Source of the DNA: Lama glama
Taxonomy: Eukaryota
Length of the DNA stretch: 63,896 nt
Direction: 5' to 3'
Assembly: GCA_028534125.1 (NCBI GenBank)
Contig: CM052816.1
Coordinates: 83,144,001 to 83,207,896 of the forward strand
Shown here: positions 1-13,271 of the stretch, one piece after another
Layout of the letters: each line of letters opens with the position of its first letter
Position numbering within the stretch: the first letter of the stretch is position 1
Notes under the pieces: generated by a model
Told to the model about the DNA's origin: nothing
Seen by the model: only the letters and a program-made list of their open reading frames with translations
The model's database searches: none
Made by a program: the position numbers and the translations under genes

Positions 1-438
1 GAAAGTGGTTCCTTTACCTTCCCCTGTTAGAAACATGAGGGCATTTTTCTTAGATGTTTACTGTGGGAACCTGGCTGAACTCCTGGAGGTAAATGTCACA
101 GTATTGTGGGGACCCCTATGACTGAATCTCCTTGGAGTTTTTAACTTTCAGAATTATCCACACTGAGCCTCGAGAACGTCATGGATTACAGGGCAGGCTT
201 TCCTTCTCCTGCGCTGGCTCCCTGGTGGAATATGCTCGGGTATCTCCCCTCAAGGAAGCCGTAACTTCCTGCGTTTGCTTATTGGTCTCTGCAGTCCTGG
301 GGGCAGCAGTTTGTTCTGTGTGCCCCTCTCTTATGTATCCAAGAAGAGCCGTAGATTTTTGAGTCTGTTCAGCTTTTCACTTGTTAGGATGGAGTGGTGA
401 CTTTGAAGCTTCTTTGCAGAACTGGAAACCGGAAGTCT
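1..438 (-). mobile_element. Ancient L1 (L1MC/L1MD-like) 5' end fragment
   Basis: Colinear similarity with 58900-59335, e.g. ggagtttttaactttcagaattatccacactgagcctc vs ggagtttttaactgtcagaattgtccacactgagcctc. Resembles L1M 5' UTR consensus. Confidence 0.7.
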
Positions 439-689
439 GCTTGTACAACTTCCATGCCCTGGAGACTTCTCTGTGTTCTAGAGATGAAACAGTGAGTGAA
501 TGCAGCTGGGGTGAGGTCTTCTGAGCCATAAAGGACAAGGTTAGGATGGGTGCAATAGAAGTGCTTCTGTGGATGCGACAGATATCAGCTTCTCTCCCCA
601 CTGCCTGCAAACAATTCTAGATATTCTTGAAACTATCTCAAAACACTTGAACATACCATACTGAAGCACAGAAAACTGTTGGAGGGCTG

Positions 690-870
690 GGCTGAGATCA
701 AGATTCTTGTGTCATTCATTGCTGCTCCTTCCTGAATATGTGACTTTGGGCAGAACTCTTAGCCTCTCTGAGCCTCACTTTGTCCCTGGGGAACCCTAGA
801 ATTGTGATATTGTTCCTCGTGCCTGTTTAAGGATCAAATAAAATAACTTGAGTAAAAGCACTTTGAAATC
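690..870 (+). mobile_element. MIR SINE
   Basis: MIR core-like tgtgactttgggcagaactcttagcctctctgagcctcactttg...gtaaaagcactt. Confidence 0.7.
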
Positions 871-3020
871 TGAAAGGACCTAAAAAAAATGTAAGTTATG
901 ACAGTATGTTCTAGAAATTGTTTTATAAATGATATTAACATTTTTAAATAACCCTCTGATTAAACGAAACTCAGCACTTAATCCTGGATATTTCAATGTA
1001 GTATCCAGAGATATGCTTTGGTTTACACATATGCAGAGCTTTGCTGCTTTCAAATATACAGACATACCTCTAACAAGTGAAACTGACTAAAGGCAGAGAT
1101 GTTTATAGTTACCAAGTTTATTCAAGGACAGATCATTAAGAAGACTCTTCTCATGTGATGGTTGACCAGTGATATTCTCACATTCTGCAGTCACTGCTGG
1201 TTCTGAAATCGTTTTCGTGTTGTGCCACTTGGTCCGCACTTTTCTGCAAAAATCCCTTCTGACAGAACGACATCAAACGAAACCATGTTGTTTCCTTAAG
1301 CAAAAAGGACAGAGCTGTGGCTGGCCAGCCTTTACGAGTGCCAACAGCATTTCTTTCTAAAGCACCTGCTGTTACACATCAGCCTCTGTTGGCAAAGGAC
1401 ATAGACAATGACAGCAATTCTTTTTTATTATTATTCCTTTCCAGTATGTGAAAGCAGGGTAATGAATTTTATACAGGCAGCATTAATTTATGGCATGCAG
1501 ACAAGCACTTGCATCCTTAACCTCCAGACTCATGAATCGTAAATATTACTGTAGAAGGTAAGAGAACAAGTAGCTGCTATGGAAAGTAATTGACAGGCAA
1601 GACCACAAAAAGGATTCAGTTCCGAAGGTATTCACAATCACAGAACACTGGATGTGAAGCAGAAAATGAGATATGCACTCAGAAAAAGAAAACTAGTTAC
1701 AACAGACTCGCTCATCGTTTTATTTTTATCAGATACTTCTGTCGTTTTTTTCCCTGTCATTTTTCTAATCACATTTGATTTATGAAAATAAAATCTGATT
1801 TTTAAGAATTCCACATTCTGTTTATATGTAGGTCAACTAGGCAGATCTTACCCCCTACCCCTCTATAAAATGTATGCAATTAAATGCTTCCTTTGGTTCT
1901 TGTCCTGAGGTCCTGGTGATCACCTGTGAACATCCTGCAGTTTTATCCTCAGAAATGTTCAAGTTTTCAATACCAGTCTTTGTCACAGGGCTGTGTTGTC
2001 TTCCACACACAATGCTTTATGCAGATAATATTGTATTTATCTCACAAACTTTCTGAGTTAAAATTATCCCTCAAATCCAAGTGCTAGCCATTCTCTAGGT
2101 CTCTTTATCACCATTCTCTAGGTCTCAAATCTTTTATCCATCTGCTCCAGTCTTTATCACCACTCTCTCAGACCTCCTGCTCACACATGGAATTAGATGT
2201 CGCTTCATCAAAGCCCTGCTTACCTCCTTGGTTCTTTTTAGTATGTCTTAATTCTTCTGTCAGTTTTCCTCCGAAGATAACCTTATGCTTTGTGAATTCT
2301 CAAGTCTTTCCTCTTCTCTCTTCTGTCTTCCTGATTTCATGACCTTCTCTTTTCCGATCTCTTTCCGGTCACTTTAAACAACGGAATGTTACCAAAGGTA
2401 AATAGTTCCTTCATTTCCATAGACAGAGACAAGGATTGATTGGTCCTTTGAAAACAGAAACTGTCAAATTCATTTCTTTTGTTTTTTCTTGAATTTTGAA
2501 GCAGGAAGGAAATTCCTGTTGTAAAAATTTCCACATTGTTAGTGTTGCTATTACTGCCATTATTGATAAATGTGAATCTGTGGACAGACCCACTGACTTA
2601 TGCTATGGTTGCTTTTCCTTTAGTTGAACACACTATAAAGAATTGCAGGTGTCCTAGTGATTGTAATTTATAGTTGCAAAAAAAAAGTAAATAAATAAAT
2701 GTTAGACTGAAGACAAAAACAGATCCACGTTTATCATTAGTGGCAGTGATAGATTTCTTTTAGTGATGCTGACAGAAAAGAAATGAAGAAATGAGGAGAT
2801 GCCCTTGTGCTGCTTCTCGTAAGCAGCCCTAGTGTATGGGAAAGTCTTGTTACAGTTTCAAGGCTGAACTCACAGAATTTTTATTCTCAGAAAGTCTTCT
2901 GGGCTGTTTGTCATGTTGCTCTGAGATCTTCTTGAGATGATACAGTCTCTTCACTGTTTCTCTGATTGTTACAGTTTTATGCTATCTTCCTTTTAACTTT
3001 TCTGTGAAATGGAAAATAAA

Positions 3021-3022
<2 letters not shown>

Positions 3023-3072
<50 letters not shown>

Positions 3073-3075
3073 ACA
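3023..3075. repeat. Compound (TA)n(TG)n microsatellite
   Basis: Directly visible dinucleotide runs. Confidence 0.95.
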
Positions 3076-4449
3076 CATTACTTTTGAATATGTCTGTCTG
3101 CTAAAGAAGGGCTTAAAGCTTTCTCTTTATGTGATAGACCCCCCCACTCCACCGCAACAGCCATTGGCAGAATATTCACCCTCAATTCTTACAGATGTCC
3201 TATCTCCTTTTCTCAAACTTATCGACATAAAACCTTTTATTTCCTTGTGATTGACATTGTACAAGCCTTATAGCTAATTCTGTACTTCCAGAACAAGACA
3301 ATGAATCTTCCTCACATTGCCTTTTGGATTAAAACAAATTTAGAATGAACCCTGGGGACTTAAAAGATGATGTGGAAAATTCATTGGATGTGTGGACAAA
3401 ATAATTTAAAGATAAAAATGTTGTCAATAACCAAAGCTTCTTGATGTCTTTATCTTCCACCTAACTGCCTTCTACCCATCCTCGCCCCTAGCAGTTAGCT
3501 GCCACTTTCTCTTGATCCTGATCCCAGGATGTAGACATAGGTCCAGTTACCCTCAGGAACAATGTGGCTTCAAGAGGCTGCAGTGTTACTTTTTCTTCCT
3601 GAACCTTGACCTTGGCTCAGCTGTGCAGATTTCTAAATTCTGTGTCTCAGCAAGAGCTGGAGAAGTAAGGCAGGGCCTCCGGTCATCCTCACAGGGTGGG
3701 TGCCGTGACATCGATGTCAGCTCTGCTCTGTGGCTAACACTAACATTTGAGCGTCAGAGTGAAACTAAATTCCCGCTGGTCTTTTTCCCTCCAAAGCAAG
3801 CAGGAAACTTATCTCTCTAATTGCCCAATGACAGTGTCTTAGTTCAATTTTCTTGCATGCAAATCCACTTTTCTTTCTCCCTGGATCTATAATCCATTTT
3901 TCATCCTGCTATCATTCATCCTACAGGGTGAATTGCAGGCTCATTAGTACAATGAGAGAAGTCTATTTTCATTTGGCACTCCCTGACTTTTCCATACAGT
4001 ACCTACCAACAACCCAGGCTTCTATGACTGATTTACGAACACGATACCTGTCTCATTTTCACTCTCATTCGTATGTTTCCCTGTGTCTGTAATATATTTC
4101 CTCAATTTGTCCTTTCTGTGAACCCTTGTTTACCTTCAAGATTCAGGTTAGTTATTACTTGTTCTGCACATCCTTCCCCCAACTCTGTATTTCTTTTTCA
4201 GGTGGATTTAGGTGATCCTCTGACTCCACACAAATGTAAGCCAGAATATAATTATATTATAACATTTATCACATTCTATTGTAAATGTTTTTCCACTACA
4301 GCAATATCCATTTTACTATGAGCAATAAAAAAAGAACGTCTTTTAAAAAAATCTTTATGTCCATAGAGTTATACTTGTGCTTACAACTTTGAGGCTGCTA
4401 AGTAAATATCCTTTGAATTCACTTGCACCAATAATTCGATTGTCTTGCA

Positions 4450-4870
4450 TATCAGTCAGTTTGCTGCAGTAACAAGAGAGGGCACAAATCTTAATAGCTT
4501 ACAACAGCAGGATTTATTTTTCACTCATGTAGTATTTGGATGGCTGTAAGTCAGCTTTGGCTGCTGCAGCTCTACTGAGCTCTGTCAGCCCGTGACCACC
4601 CTGCTGCACAGGTTTTCCCATTTTCCCATTCTAGAACCTAGGCTAACCAGCAGTTTCTACTTAGAACATGCTTCTCTCATGACAGAGCAAGATGACTGAA
4701 AGACAAACAGGTGCATTTTTAAGTTTCAGGTGATATGTGGCATGTTGTCACTTTGACCCACATTCTGTTACCTTAAATTACTTGACCAATGAGTCATAAG
4801 TTGAGGATATAACTTCTCCCACCAAAAGAGCAGTAAGTAACAGGACAACAGATGGGGACATATGTATATA
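4450..4870 (-). mobile_element. Old MaLR LTR (MLT1J/K-like)
   Basis: tttgctgcagtaacaa...gcttacaacagcaggatttatttttcactcatg...cacattc...ataacttctcccc. Confidence 0.55.
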
Positions 4871-5544
4871 TGTAAACATATACACATACACTCTATCTAA
4901 TCTTAAGGAAGCAAGAGTAAATAATGAGAAACAATCATGTAAAGTAACATGGTTTATACTCCTGGTCATGAAGATGCACTTCTTTGCTTTTTATACCCAA
5001 ATAGACTGCCATTCTCTCCAAGGTGCTCTCAACATTTTCATCCATTATAGCATCAACTCAATACCAGAATTTCATGATGCATTCTACTGTATTTAGTATC
5101 TCTTGATTCAGAGACCTGTGAGCTAAAACAGTGAGTACCCATCGTGGCCATGGAGAACACATAGCCATAAAGAACATACACAGATGGCACAGAAGCCGTC
5201 AGCCTCGGTAAACCCTGTCACTTGGAGAGGGGAAGATGGGAGGTACGCCTCAGTTACAGCCTATTGTAAATCTGAAATCCTACTGAGCAAACATCACAGG
5301 CACTTTTTATCCTGAGAGAAGGTTCCTTGGACCCATTTGAAGAATATTCTGGAGAATATATCTTCCTTAGTGGCTGACCAGTCTTCTCAGTCTGATCCAA
5401 TCTAGATATTTTTTTAAATAACTGAAAAAATAGTAATCTTAATGATTTTAATGCAGTTGGTTAATCTGTATATTTTTTGATACAAGTGGTCACTATTTCT
5501 GGCAATTTTGTAACAGTAATACCCAATGTTTAGGCACCTAAATC

Positions 5545-6030
5545 TGTATTTAAGTTAGATTTGATGTAATAATGAAAAAGCTCAAAATATCAGTGATTTA
5601 CAAGAATAGACATTTATTTTTCTGTTGACTTTAATTTGTCTATTGATTTTAATATATCATGTCAGCTGTTGGCTTCCACTGATGAAGGTTTTCTCAGCTC
5701 TGCTGTATCATCTTCTTTTTATAGCCTAATTCAAAGGAGCAACCCTTATTTATAAGAGTTATTTATTTCCACAGTAGAGGGAAAAAAGCAGGACAGACGG
5801 TAGAAACAGGTGATGTCTCTTAATGGCTTCTACGTTGAGCTGGCACAGAGTTACTTCTGCTGACATTCTACTGGCCAAAATAAGTCATGTGGTACCCACC
5901 TAACGTCAGTGGGTAGAGAAGCACATGCCTTGTAGGAGGTGCTGTAAGGTACGTGGCGATGAGCAGGAATGTGTAATGCTCTTCTGTAAAGGAGAAAAGG
6001 ATAGTTGAAATCAGTAAGACAACCCACTCT
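5545..6030 (-). mobile_element. Old MaLR LTR (MLT1K-like)
   Basis: tgtatttaagttag...acttctgctgacattctactggccaaaataagtcatgtgg. Confidence 0.6.
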
Positions 6031-8196
6031 ACTCTATTAACTACACAGACTTGAAGATATGGAGGCATAACCCAAGTTTTACTTGGCCTAAAAGTACTAT
6101 AATAGAATAATTTTGAAAAGCAACAGTAATTTGTCATTCGTTTCTCAACTTTCTAGCTATGCAATAAATGTTTATTGCACAACACTTAGGATAAGCTATT
6201 TCACTTGGTTTTAGTTACACAGACTTAAATTGACATTATTATTTAAAGAATGTAATTTCACATAGCAGGTATACAGGAAGTAGGTAACAAGAAGTTTTTA
6301 CACAGTGTCATACCTGCTATGAAAGGCTAAGTATCTGTGGAAAGTGCCTAGACCCACATATGTAGCAAAAACCTGATCTGCACTTGGGAGAGTCATGGCA
6401 TGTCCCTGGAGTAGACCAGGAGTAGGTAAGTCTGAAAGGCAAAAGAACTGTAAGAAGCATTTTGGAGGATCAGTTTACAGGAGCATCAGTGCTGAATTTT
6501 AGTCTTGGCTCTGAGACTGACTTTGTATAATATTTGAATATAGGCCAGTTTATAATTTCCTTCTACTTGGATATTTTTCCTATAAATATATTCCTCCTTT
6601 GTCATTTCAAAATAATGGAAAGTTTTCTGTTCCAACCACTGACTTGGGAAAATCAAGTTGCTGATGTATGCTTAATGATGGCGACAATTTAAATTTAATA
6701 TTGGACTAAGAAAATGAGGGAAATGTCAAAATATTAACAAATAAGAAAAGCTTCAAGAAGTACTACATGGCATCAATTTATTCAACTTATTCCAGAAAAA
6801 CAACAATATTTGGTGTTGTGATATTAACATATTTTCTACTGATACTCTACATTAAAAATATTCAGGATATTTATCAATATGTGAATTGATGTAAATCATT
6901 ATTTCATGTGGATTGATGACAACTGGATGGTACATTCATTTAACTACCTAGAAATAAAGAGATAATTAGTAAAAAGTATTACTATAAATATCTGGTGCAT
7001 CAAATATATTTGTTTGTATACAGTGTACAGTGCACATAGTATATTTTTGTGTATTTACATATACAAATATGAGATGTATAATATACAGTGAATATTCTGG
7101 TGGTAACCAAGGAGTGCTTAAAAGAGTGATATAAGAACCCTAGAAACAACTCTCCAACTGATTAGGTTTATGAATGCTATGGGTAACAAACTGGGCCTCG
7201 ATTTCCTTTTTTTTTAATTGAAGCTATTAGATTCTAGTCTAGTCTAACTTAGGACCTCTATAGTCCTGTTAGTATCTAACATTCTATCATACAGATATTA
7301 AGAAAATGGAGGCACAGAGATGTTGATTTAGTTTCCCAATCAGGTGTGAAGCAGACAGAAACACTGAAACTGCTTCCTGATAATTTATTACAAGGAAGAA
7401 GACCTTTATTTTCATCTTTAAAGCACTTTGGTTTCATCCACTGCCCTTGAATTATAAGGAAGTGTAAAAGAGAAGAATTTCTATGTATCTATTTTATTCT
7501 GTTCTTTACTTAATATGCTTCTATTTTATCACCTTTTCCCCTTCGTCTTCTCTAAGCAATTCAGCCTGCTCCTTTTAATATCCCCTTCATTTGGAGTCCC
7601 CTCCCATAGTATAACTCATGATTACAGTCCCTTTCATTGTCCTTCACTGGCCTTTTTTTTTTTTATTTCTGTTAGATTTATCTAAAGACAAGATAACCAC
7701 AACTGAAAACTTTATTGAAGGTGAAACTGACTATGATGCATGTTTTGTACACATGCAATGAGATTTATATTTTAATTCATTTTATCTCCTTTATAAAACT
7801 GTTAGGACACTATGAAATGCCATCAAATGCTAAACATATGATCAGACATCTTTTTAAGTGATAAAAGTTAATTAAAATCTTTTAAGAATATAGTACCACT
7901 TTTCAGAAAAGATGTTTCCCCCTTGAGCCAGAACTTTTCTATTAGCAAATATTTGTCTGTAATTTCATCATCTGCAATATTGCAATGCAATTAGTATTTG
8001 TTGAATACTATGTTCAAAATACTCACGAATGTTGCAGGTGAATACAATTAGAGTAAGAAAACCTCTGCTGTCAATGATGTTCACTTTAGCAGAGGAGGTA
8101 AGATTCCCGAACAAATTTGTCTGAGATACTGTAAGTGATATAGTCACAAAGTACTATGGAGAGATGCAGGAAATATAATCAGGAACGTTCCCTTGT

Positions 8197-8316
8197 GGGG
8201 AGGGTATAGCTCAAAGTGCTAGAGCACATGCTTAGCATCTGTGAGGTCCTGGCTTCAATCCCCAGTACCTCAAACAAATCTAGTTACCTCCCTCCCCTCA
8301 ACCCCCCAAAAAGAGA

Positions 8317-8363
<47 letters not shown>

Positions 8364-8365
8364 AA
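8197..8365 (+). mobile_element. tRNA-derived SINE, camelid Vic-1-like
   Basis: ggggagggtatagctcaa (A box) and ggcttcaatccc (B box), (TAAA)n tail, 12-bp TSD aggaacgttccc at 8181-8192 and 8366-8377. Confidence 0.88.
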
Positions 8366-8399
8366 AGGAACGTTCCCCAGTGCTCGAGAAACTTAAAGT

Positions 8400-11300
8400 T
8401 TCTCTGTCATGTTGCCATAGGTCATATCAGTTCAGTCCTACATACCTGGAGACTGTAGGTAAACATTAGCATCCACCATTACTTGTCATTATATATAAAG
8501 AAATCATCACTATAAAATATAGCTACTTCAGCTCTTATCTCTGTATCTGATAATGATACCTAAGCTGAGAGTCACACCTTTCCTTCTCCCACTACTCTTC
8601 TGGTTTCCCTTATCTGCTGTTGTCAGCTTGGTTGGAGGGATTACACAAAATTTGATTCCCACAGGATCACACGTATTGACTTTTTATAGCTGGCTTCTGC
8701 CAATCAATTCCTCCTAAGACTGATGGTCACCCTCCTCATGATGGCAAGGATCCAGTATAAGCAACCTTCCACCAAGAAGCTGACTGGTAGCCCCAGAACA
8801 TGGTGTCCTATCTGGGGCCTAGCTTTGGGTTTTGCTGTTGGCAGAATGGACAGTCAGCACTGTTAGTAGCTGGATCTGCTTTGGTGAAGGGAAGTTCACT
8901 ACATTCAGACCATGCACAGACTCCATCACAGAAATTTTGTATACATACCTGCTGAGTAAATATTGGGTTGCCTGGAAATAGACATTGACAAAAATTGAAT
9001 TGCAGGAGATAGATTTTCTAATGCACTGTTTTATAGCATTCTTTGCCCTGAATGTCCGGTGTAGGGCATTAATGCGTGATGCAGACATCTTCACATTCTG
9101 TGTCCTTTCTGATAGACTCATCCATAGACCTCTCCACCAGACTTCTTTGTCATCAGTCTTCCAGTTCCATCCTTTCTAAGTTTCTGACCATTTGGCCAAT
9201 GCATTAGCTACTGCCTATGAATTAATTTATAACTCAGGCTATTTAAATATTTGCACAAAATAGAAAATTCTGTGTATTGCCGAAGTTATACCAACTGGAG
9301 AGATTTTCTTTTTCACCATTGTCTTTTGGGTTGTCTCCAAGGGAGGCTTTAATGCGACGATTACTATTACCATCTATTGCCAGCATGTCATAATCATCTG
9401 TAAACCAGACCTGCACCTTTTCCTCTTATTTTATCTGGTGATATATTGCTCTCCATTATACAACAGTTGTGAGTTGAGAGAAAATTGGTGAGGCAGGAAA
9501 AATATATACCATAGGATGTATTTAACTTTAGGGCAATGTATATATATATATGCATTCAATATGTGCTTGGGCCAAAACTAATGCATACTAATTCCAGTTA
9601 AGTAGAGTATGCTGTTATACATGGAAATTTATGATTTGATGGATCAGATAATACCAAGTTAATAAAAGGAAGCTTGAATTACATATACTTGGTGTTCCAA
9701 GATCAGACATTTAGTCTCTAACAGGACCCATTGGAAGCCAAGACTACTTTTCAGATAAAGAATTGTTGTCAGAATTCTCCTGTTGGCCTTACCAGAGGCT
9801 CCTTGCAGCATAGCTATCTGCCAAAAATACTTCAAAAATAATTGGATCTCTTGTGTCATAAAGGTCCAAATGACAGAGAAGCATGAGTGTCAGCCTTGTG
9901 CTGCTGAAAATCCTTCTTATATCTGGACCCCATTCAAAACTGGCGCTATTTTGAATTATTCGCTAATGGATTGAGCAGCACACTGGGATGTTACATGTGT
10001 TGCTCCCAAAATCATGTTTCCCACAAGCATTGTGCAAGGAGCAGCAAACTATTTCTCCATATAGAGGAGATACCTTATCATGCATCACACCAAAGGATCC
10101 CAGTAAAGAATTGGCAGGCCCCTCAACATTTTTGGAGTTCATCTCCACCCTTGGGCCTGCATGCACTTGACTAATGCCATCTATAGCTGGTTTTTTTTTT
10201 TTTCTGATTTCTGTCTTCAAGAACAATTGGCATAATTTCATTAATATGATGGGCTTAGGTGGTGGTCTATGTGAAACTAGGACAGTCAAGTCTTTCTAGA
10301 CTACTGTGTACTGAGAGCAGATCTGCACTGCTCTCCCTGTTCTTGGCTATCTTTTCTCATCAGGTTAGAAAAAACAGTCCTAGGTTAATTGCTGCCACTG
10401 TGTGATGGGAACTGTCTTGATTTCAAGTAGGATACCACGTACAGACCAGTAGCTGCCATTGTCATCAGTACTCTGTACTGGCATCAATCTAGTTTCTCCA
10501 ATATCAGTCTGACTTCTGCATCAGTCAGACATGTGAGTCAAAGGGATTGTGGTATGACTGTAACTCAAGTGATTATAATCACAACCTCAAGACACTGATG
10601 ATAACGTTTGTCTCCACAAGTCCCTCAGGATATATTATTGTCGTTGATTTGGTTCTGGCCTATGAGTGTCTGAGTATTTCCATCAGCTTCCTCTTGCCTT
10701 TTCTATCATAACAGTGCCTACTCTCATAGTCAGAAAAATGTGTGGGGATTCACAGATGGAGGCAAGTGCTGAAAAGCTGAGTCAATTCTTTCTATACATT
10801 CCCGTACCAGGTACTGATTTAAGATGGTTCAACTTAAGATTTTTTGACTTTACATTTTTTTTCACTTTTCTGATGGTGCAAATGTGACATGCATTCTGTA
10901 GAAACAGTACTTCAAATTTTGAATTTTGATCTTTTCCCGAGCTAGCATTATGTGATACGATGCTCTCACGTGATGTGGGGCAGCCGCAGTGAGGTGCAGC
11001 TCCCAGTCAGTCTCAAAATCATGAGGGTAAACACCAATACATCTGCAACATTCTGTATCTGTACAACTGTTCTGTTACTCATTTTCAGTTCAATATTCAA
11101 TAAATCACATGAGATATTCAACACTTTGTTATAAAGTAGGCTTTGTGTTAGATACGTTTGCCCAACTGTGGGCTAATGTAAGTGTTCTGAGCATGTTTAA
11201 GGTAGGCTAGACTTAGCTATGATGTTCGGTAGATGAGCTGTATTAAGTGCACTTTGACTTACATTTTCAACTTATGATAGGTTTATTGGGACATAACCCC

Positions 11301-11810
11301 ATAACAAGTCAGGAAAGATCTATATATATATCAATATAATATGGAAAAGGCTTGGGGTTTCATGGCATTCTACTGGATTTCCACAAATTTAGAGCTAGTA
11401 TTCAAAAACCCCCCCGAAGATCTAGGTATCTTTTCTTCTTCAGCACATAGTATCTAGAAATGGCTATAGTCTTTCTCATAGTGTGTGCTCAAAATCTTTC
11501 TCCAAGATTGCAAAGTCACATTGCAGCGTCATTTATCAGAGAAAGTTGTGCTCAGTCAAGGGGATACAGGTTTGAAAACTTACTTAGGTCTAGGAACTGG
11601 GTAAGAGACTGTGAATAAATACCCTCTATGGTGTCTTGAATTAGATTTCCCTCCACTAGTTTCCTCCCTATAACGATGGAAATACATTAGTAGGGATTCC
11701 GTGATCAATTAGCCACTTCCACAGATGCCTGTGATTCTGAACGTTCATTATCATTATCACTCCCTATTGTTTATAATGGTAATAGTGTTTGCTTCTCCTT
11801 GGAGAATGGC
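8400..11810 (-). mobile_element. Decayed ERVL (class III ERV) internal region with pol remnants: RT, RNase H, integrase
   Basis: Minus-strand translations NS*AVANALAKWSET*KGWNWKTDDKEVWWRGLWMSLSE (RNase H), LPFTKADPATNSADCPFCQQQNPKLGPR*DT (integrase Zn-finger region) and EMNSKNVEGPANSLLG (RT) resemble HERV-L pol. Many stops and frameshifts. Confidence 0.85.
10805..11321 (-). mobile_element. TcMar-Tigger non-autonomous DNA transposon (MER47B/Tigger5-like), nested in the ERVL
   Basis: gctttgtgttagat...gcccaactgtgggctaatgtaagtgttctgagcatgtttaaggtaggctagacttagctatgatgttcggtag matches the MER47 reverse complement. Confidence 0.8.
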
Positions 11811-11819
11811 CATGACCTG

Positions 11820-12575
11820 ATGAGACAGAACCGCTCAGTTCTCTCTTTAAGAGAACCTGCAGCAAGATAACAGAGTTGACTCTGAGCTTCAATCGACCAT
11901 TGTGTCCATTGACAAATTCATGCTGAATCCACACTTCCCCCAGGCTACTGTCAGCTAGTGACTGAGCCCTGCGGGGGGAATTAGATCTAGGCCAGTGCTG
12001 TCTAACACAGGGCTCCTGTAACCTGCAATCTTGGCAGAGAGATTCCATATCACCCTGGCTGATACTTTCTCACAGCTGCACTCAGGTTTGTTATGGACAG
12101 ACTAGTGCGCCCCCTCAAATTCATATGTTGAAGCCCAAACCTCCATTATGACTATATTCAGAGAGAGAGCCTATAAAGGGCAATTAAGGTTAAATGAGGT
12201 CATAAGGATAAAGCCCTAATCCAGTATGACTAATGTCTGTATAAAAAGAAGAGACAGCAAGGACGTGTGCACACAGAGGAAAGGTCTGATGAGGGTGCAA
12301 TGAGAAGGTGGTCATCTGCAAGCCAAGGAGAGAGGCCTCAGGAGAAACCAAACCTGCCAACACCTTGACCTTGGACTTCCAGCCTCCACAACTGTGAGAA
12401 AATAATTTTCTGTTGCTTATATTCCCAGTCTGTGATATTTTGTTATGGCAGCCCTAGGAGACTAAAGCCAGGGTCTGAAGCTCTTCCCACCCAATCATTC
12501 CTTCCCTGTTCTCTTGTTTCACTGGCATCAGACCTGCACTGAGATCTTAACACTCTGCTTGCCTACTTCTGCTCC
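11820..12575 (+). mobile_element. LTR16A-like ERVL LTR, 3'-truncated and split by an MLT1A
   Basis: tttctcacagctgcactcagg|ctgaagctcttcccacccaatc...cagacctgcac; similar to 35900-36380. Confidence 0.7.
12089..12470 (+). mobile_element. MLT1A-like MaLR solo LTR
   Basis: tgttatggac...aaattcatatgttgaagccc...aattaaggttaaatgaggtcataagg...ccttgaccttggacttccagcctccacaactgtgaga...ttttgttatggcagccctag. Confidence 0.88.
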
Positions 12576-12692
12576 ATATTTAGAAGGGTACTCAGCATAT
12601 ATGAAGTATGAGCTCATGGTATACATATAATAAAAATATGGATATAGCATTTATGTGGATCTTCAAAATTTGGGCACAAATTGAACTTATAA

Positions 12693-12845
12693 TCTACTCA
12701 GGGAACTATATTCAATATCTTGTAACATATAATGAAAAAGAATATGAAAAGGAATATAACATATGTACATGTATGACTGAAACATTGCCAGAAATTGACA
12801 CAACATTGTAAACTTACTATACTTCAATAAAATAAATAAATAAAT
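12693..12845 (+). mobile_element. 5'-truncated L1 3' end
   Basis: cagggaactatattcaatatcttgtaa...aattgacacaacattgtaaac...cttcaataaaataaataaa. Confidence 0.85.
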
Positions 12846-13225
12846 TACTTAGCATCTCTAGGACTCACTTCCCTATGTCAATATAAGAAATGAATTAGAT
12901 AAATTTACTATTAATACCATCTCCAAAATTTCTTTTTTCTCTGGCACCTATTGCGCTTCCTGGATTTAGAGGAATTGTTATTTTTCTGTACCAGAGTTTT
13001 ATAGTAGGAAAGAACTTAAGAGTCCAACTCCCTCATATAGCAGAGAGCAAGCCAAGACATTTGAAGTATTTGTCCAAGAATGGAAACATGTTAATTGTAT
13101 AGTTAGAGCTAGAGTCCCTTCATTAGGTTGAAGAATTAAATTTTAATTCTTCATAGATTCTATCTTAACTAGGTTGTGTAACCTCATTCTCTCAAAAGAC
13201 TGAGGTACACAAAATCCTTCAATGT

Positions 13226-13271
13226 ACAAATTGACACCTTATAACTGACTGTACTTCAATTAAAAAGAAAA
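13226..13271 (+). mobile_element. Very short L1 3'-terminal insertion
   Basis: aaattgacaccttataactgactgtacttcaattaaaaagaaaa, flanked by similar atccttca / gtcctttca. Confidence 0.6.

Noticed and set aside
1..438. Similarity to 58900-59335 as a segmental duplication
   Set aside because: Highly diverged and confined to an L1 5'-end-like repeat, so more likely independent copies of one family.
2337..2593. Short minus-strand ORFs and a possible exon (DQSILVSVYGNEGTIYL)
   Set aside because: Weak donor (gtaaca) and no recognisable protein.
8197..8270. tRNA-like sequence (also at 33083 and 38335-38406)
   Set aside because: These are SINE heads with A-rich tails and TSDs, not tRNA genes.
8819..10289. 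ORFs with pol-like peptides as a domesticated retroviral gene
   Set aside because: Multiple stops and frameshifts across RT, RNase H and integrase show a decayed fossil.
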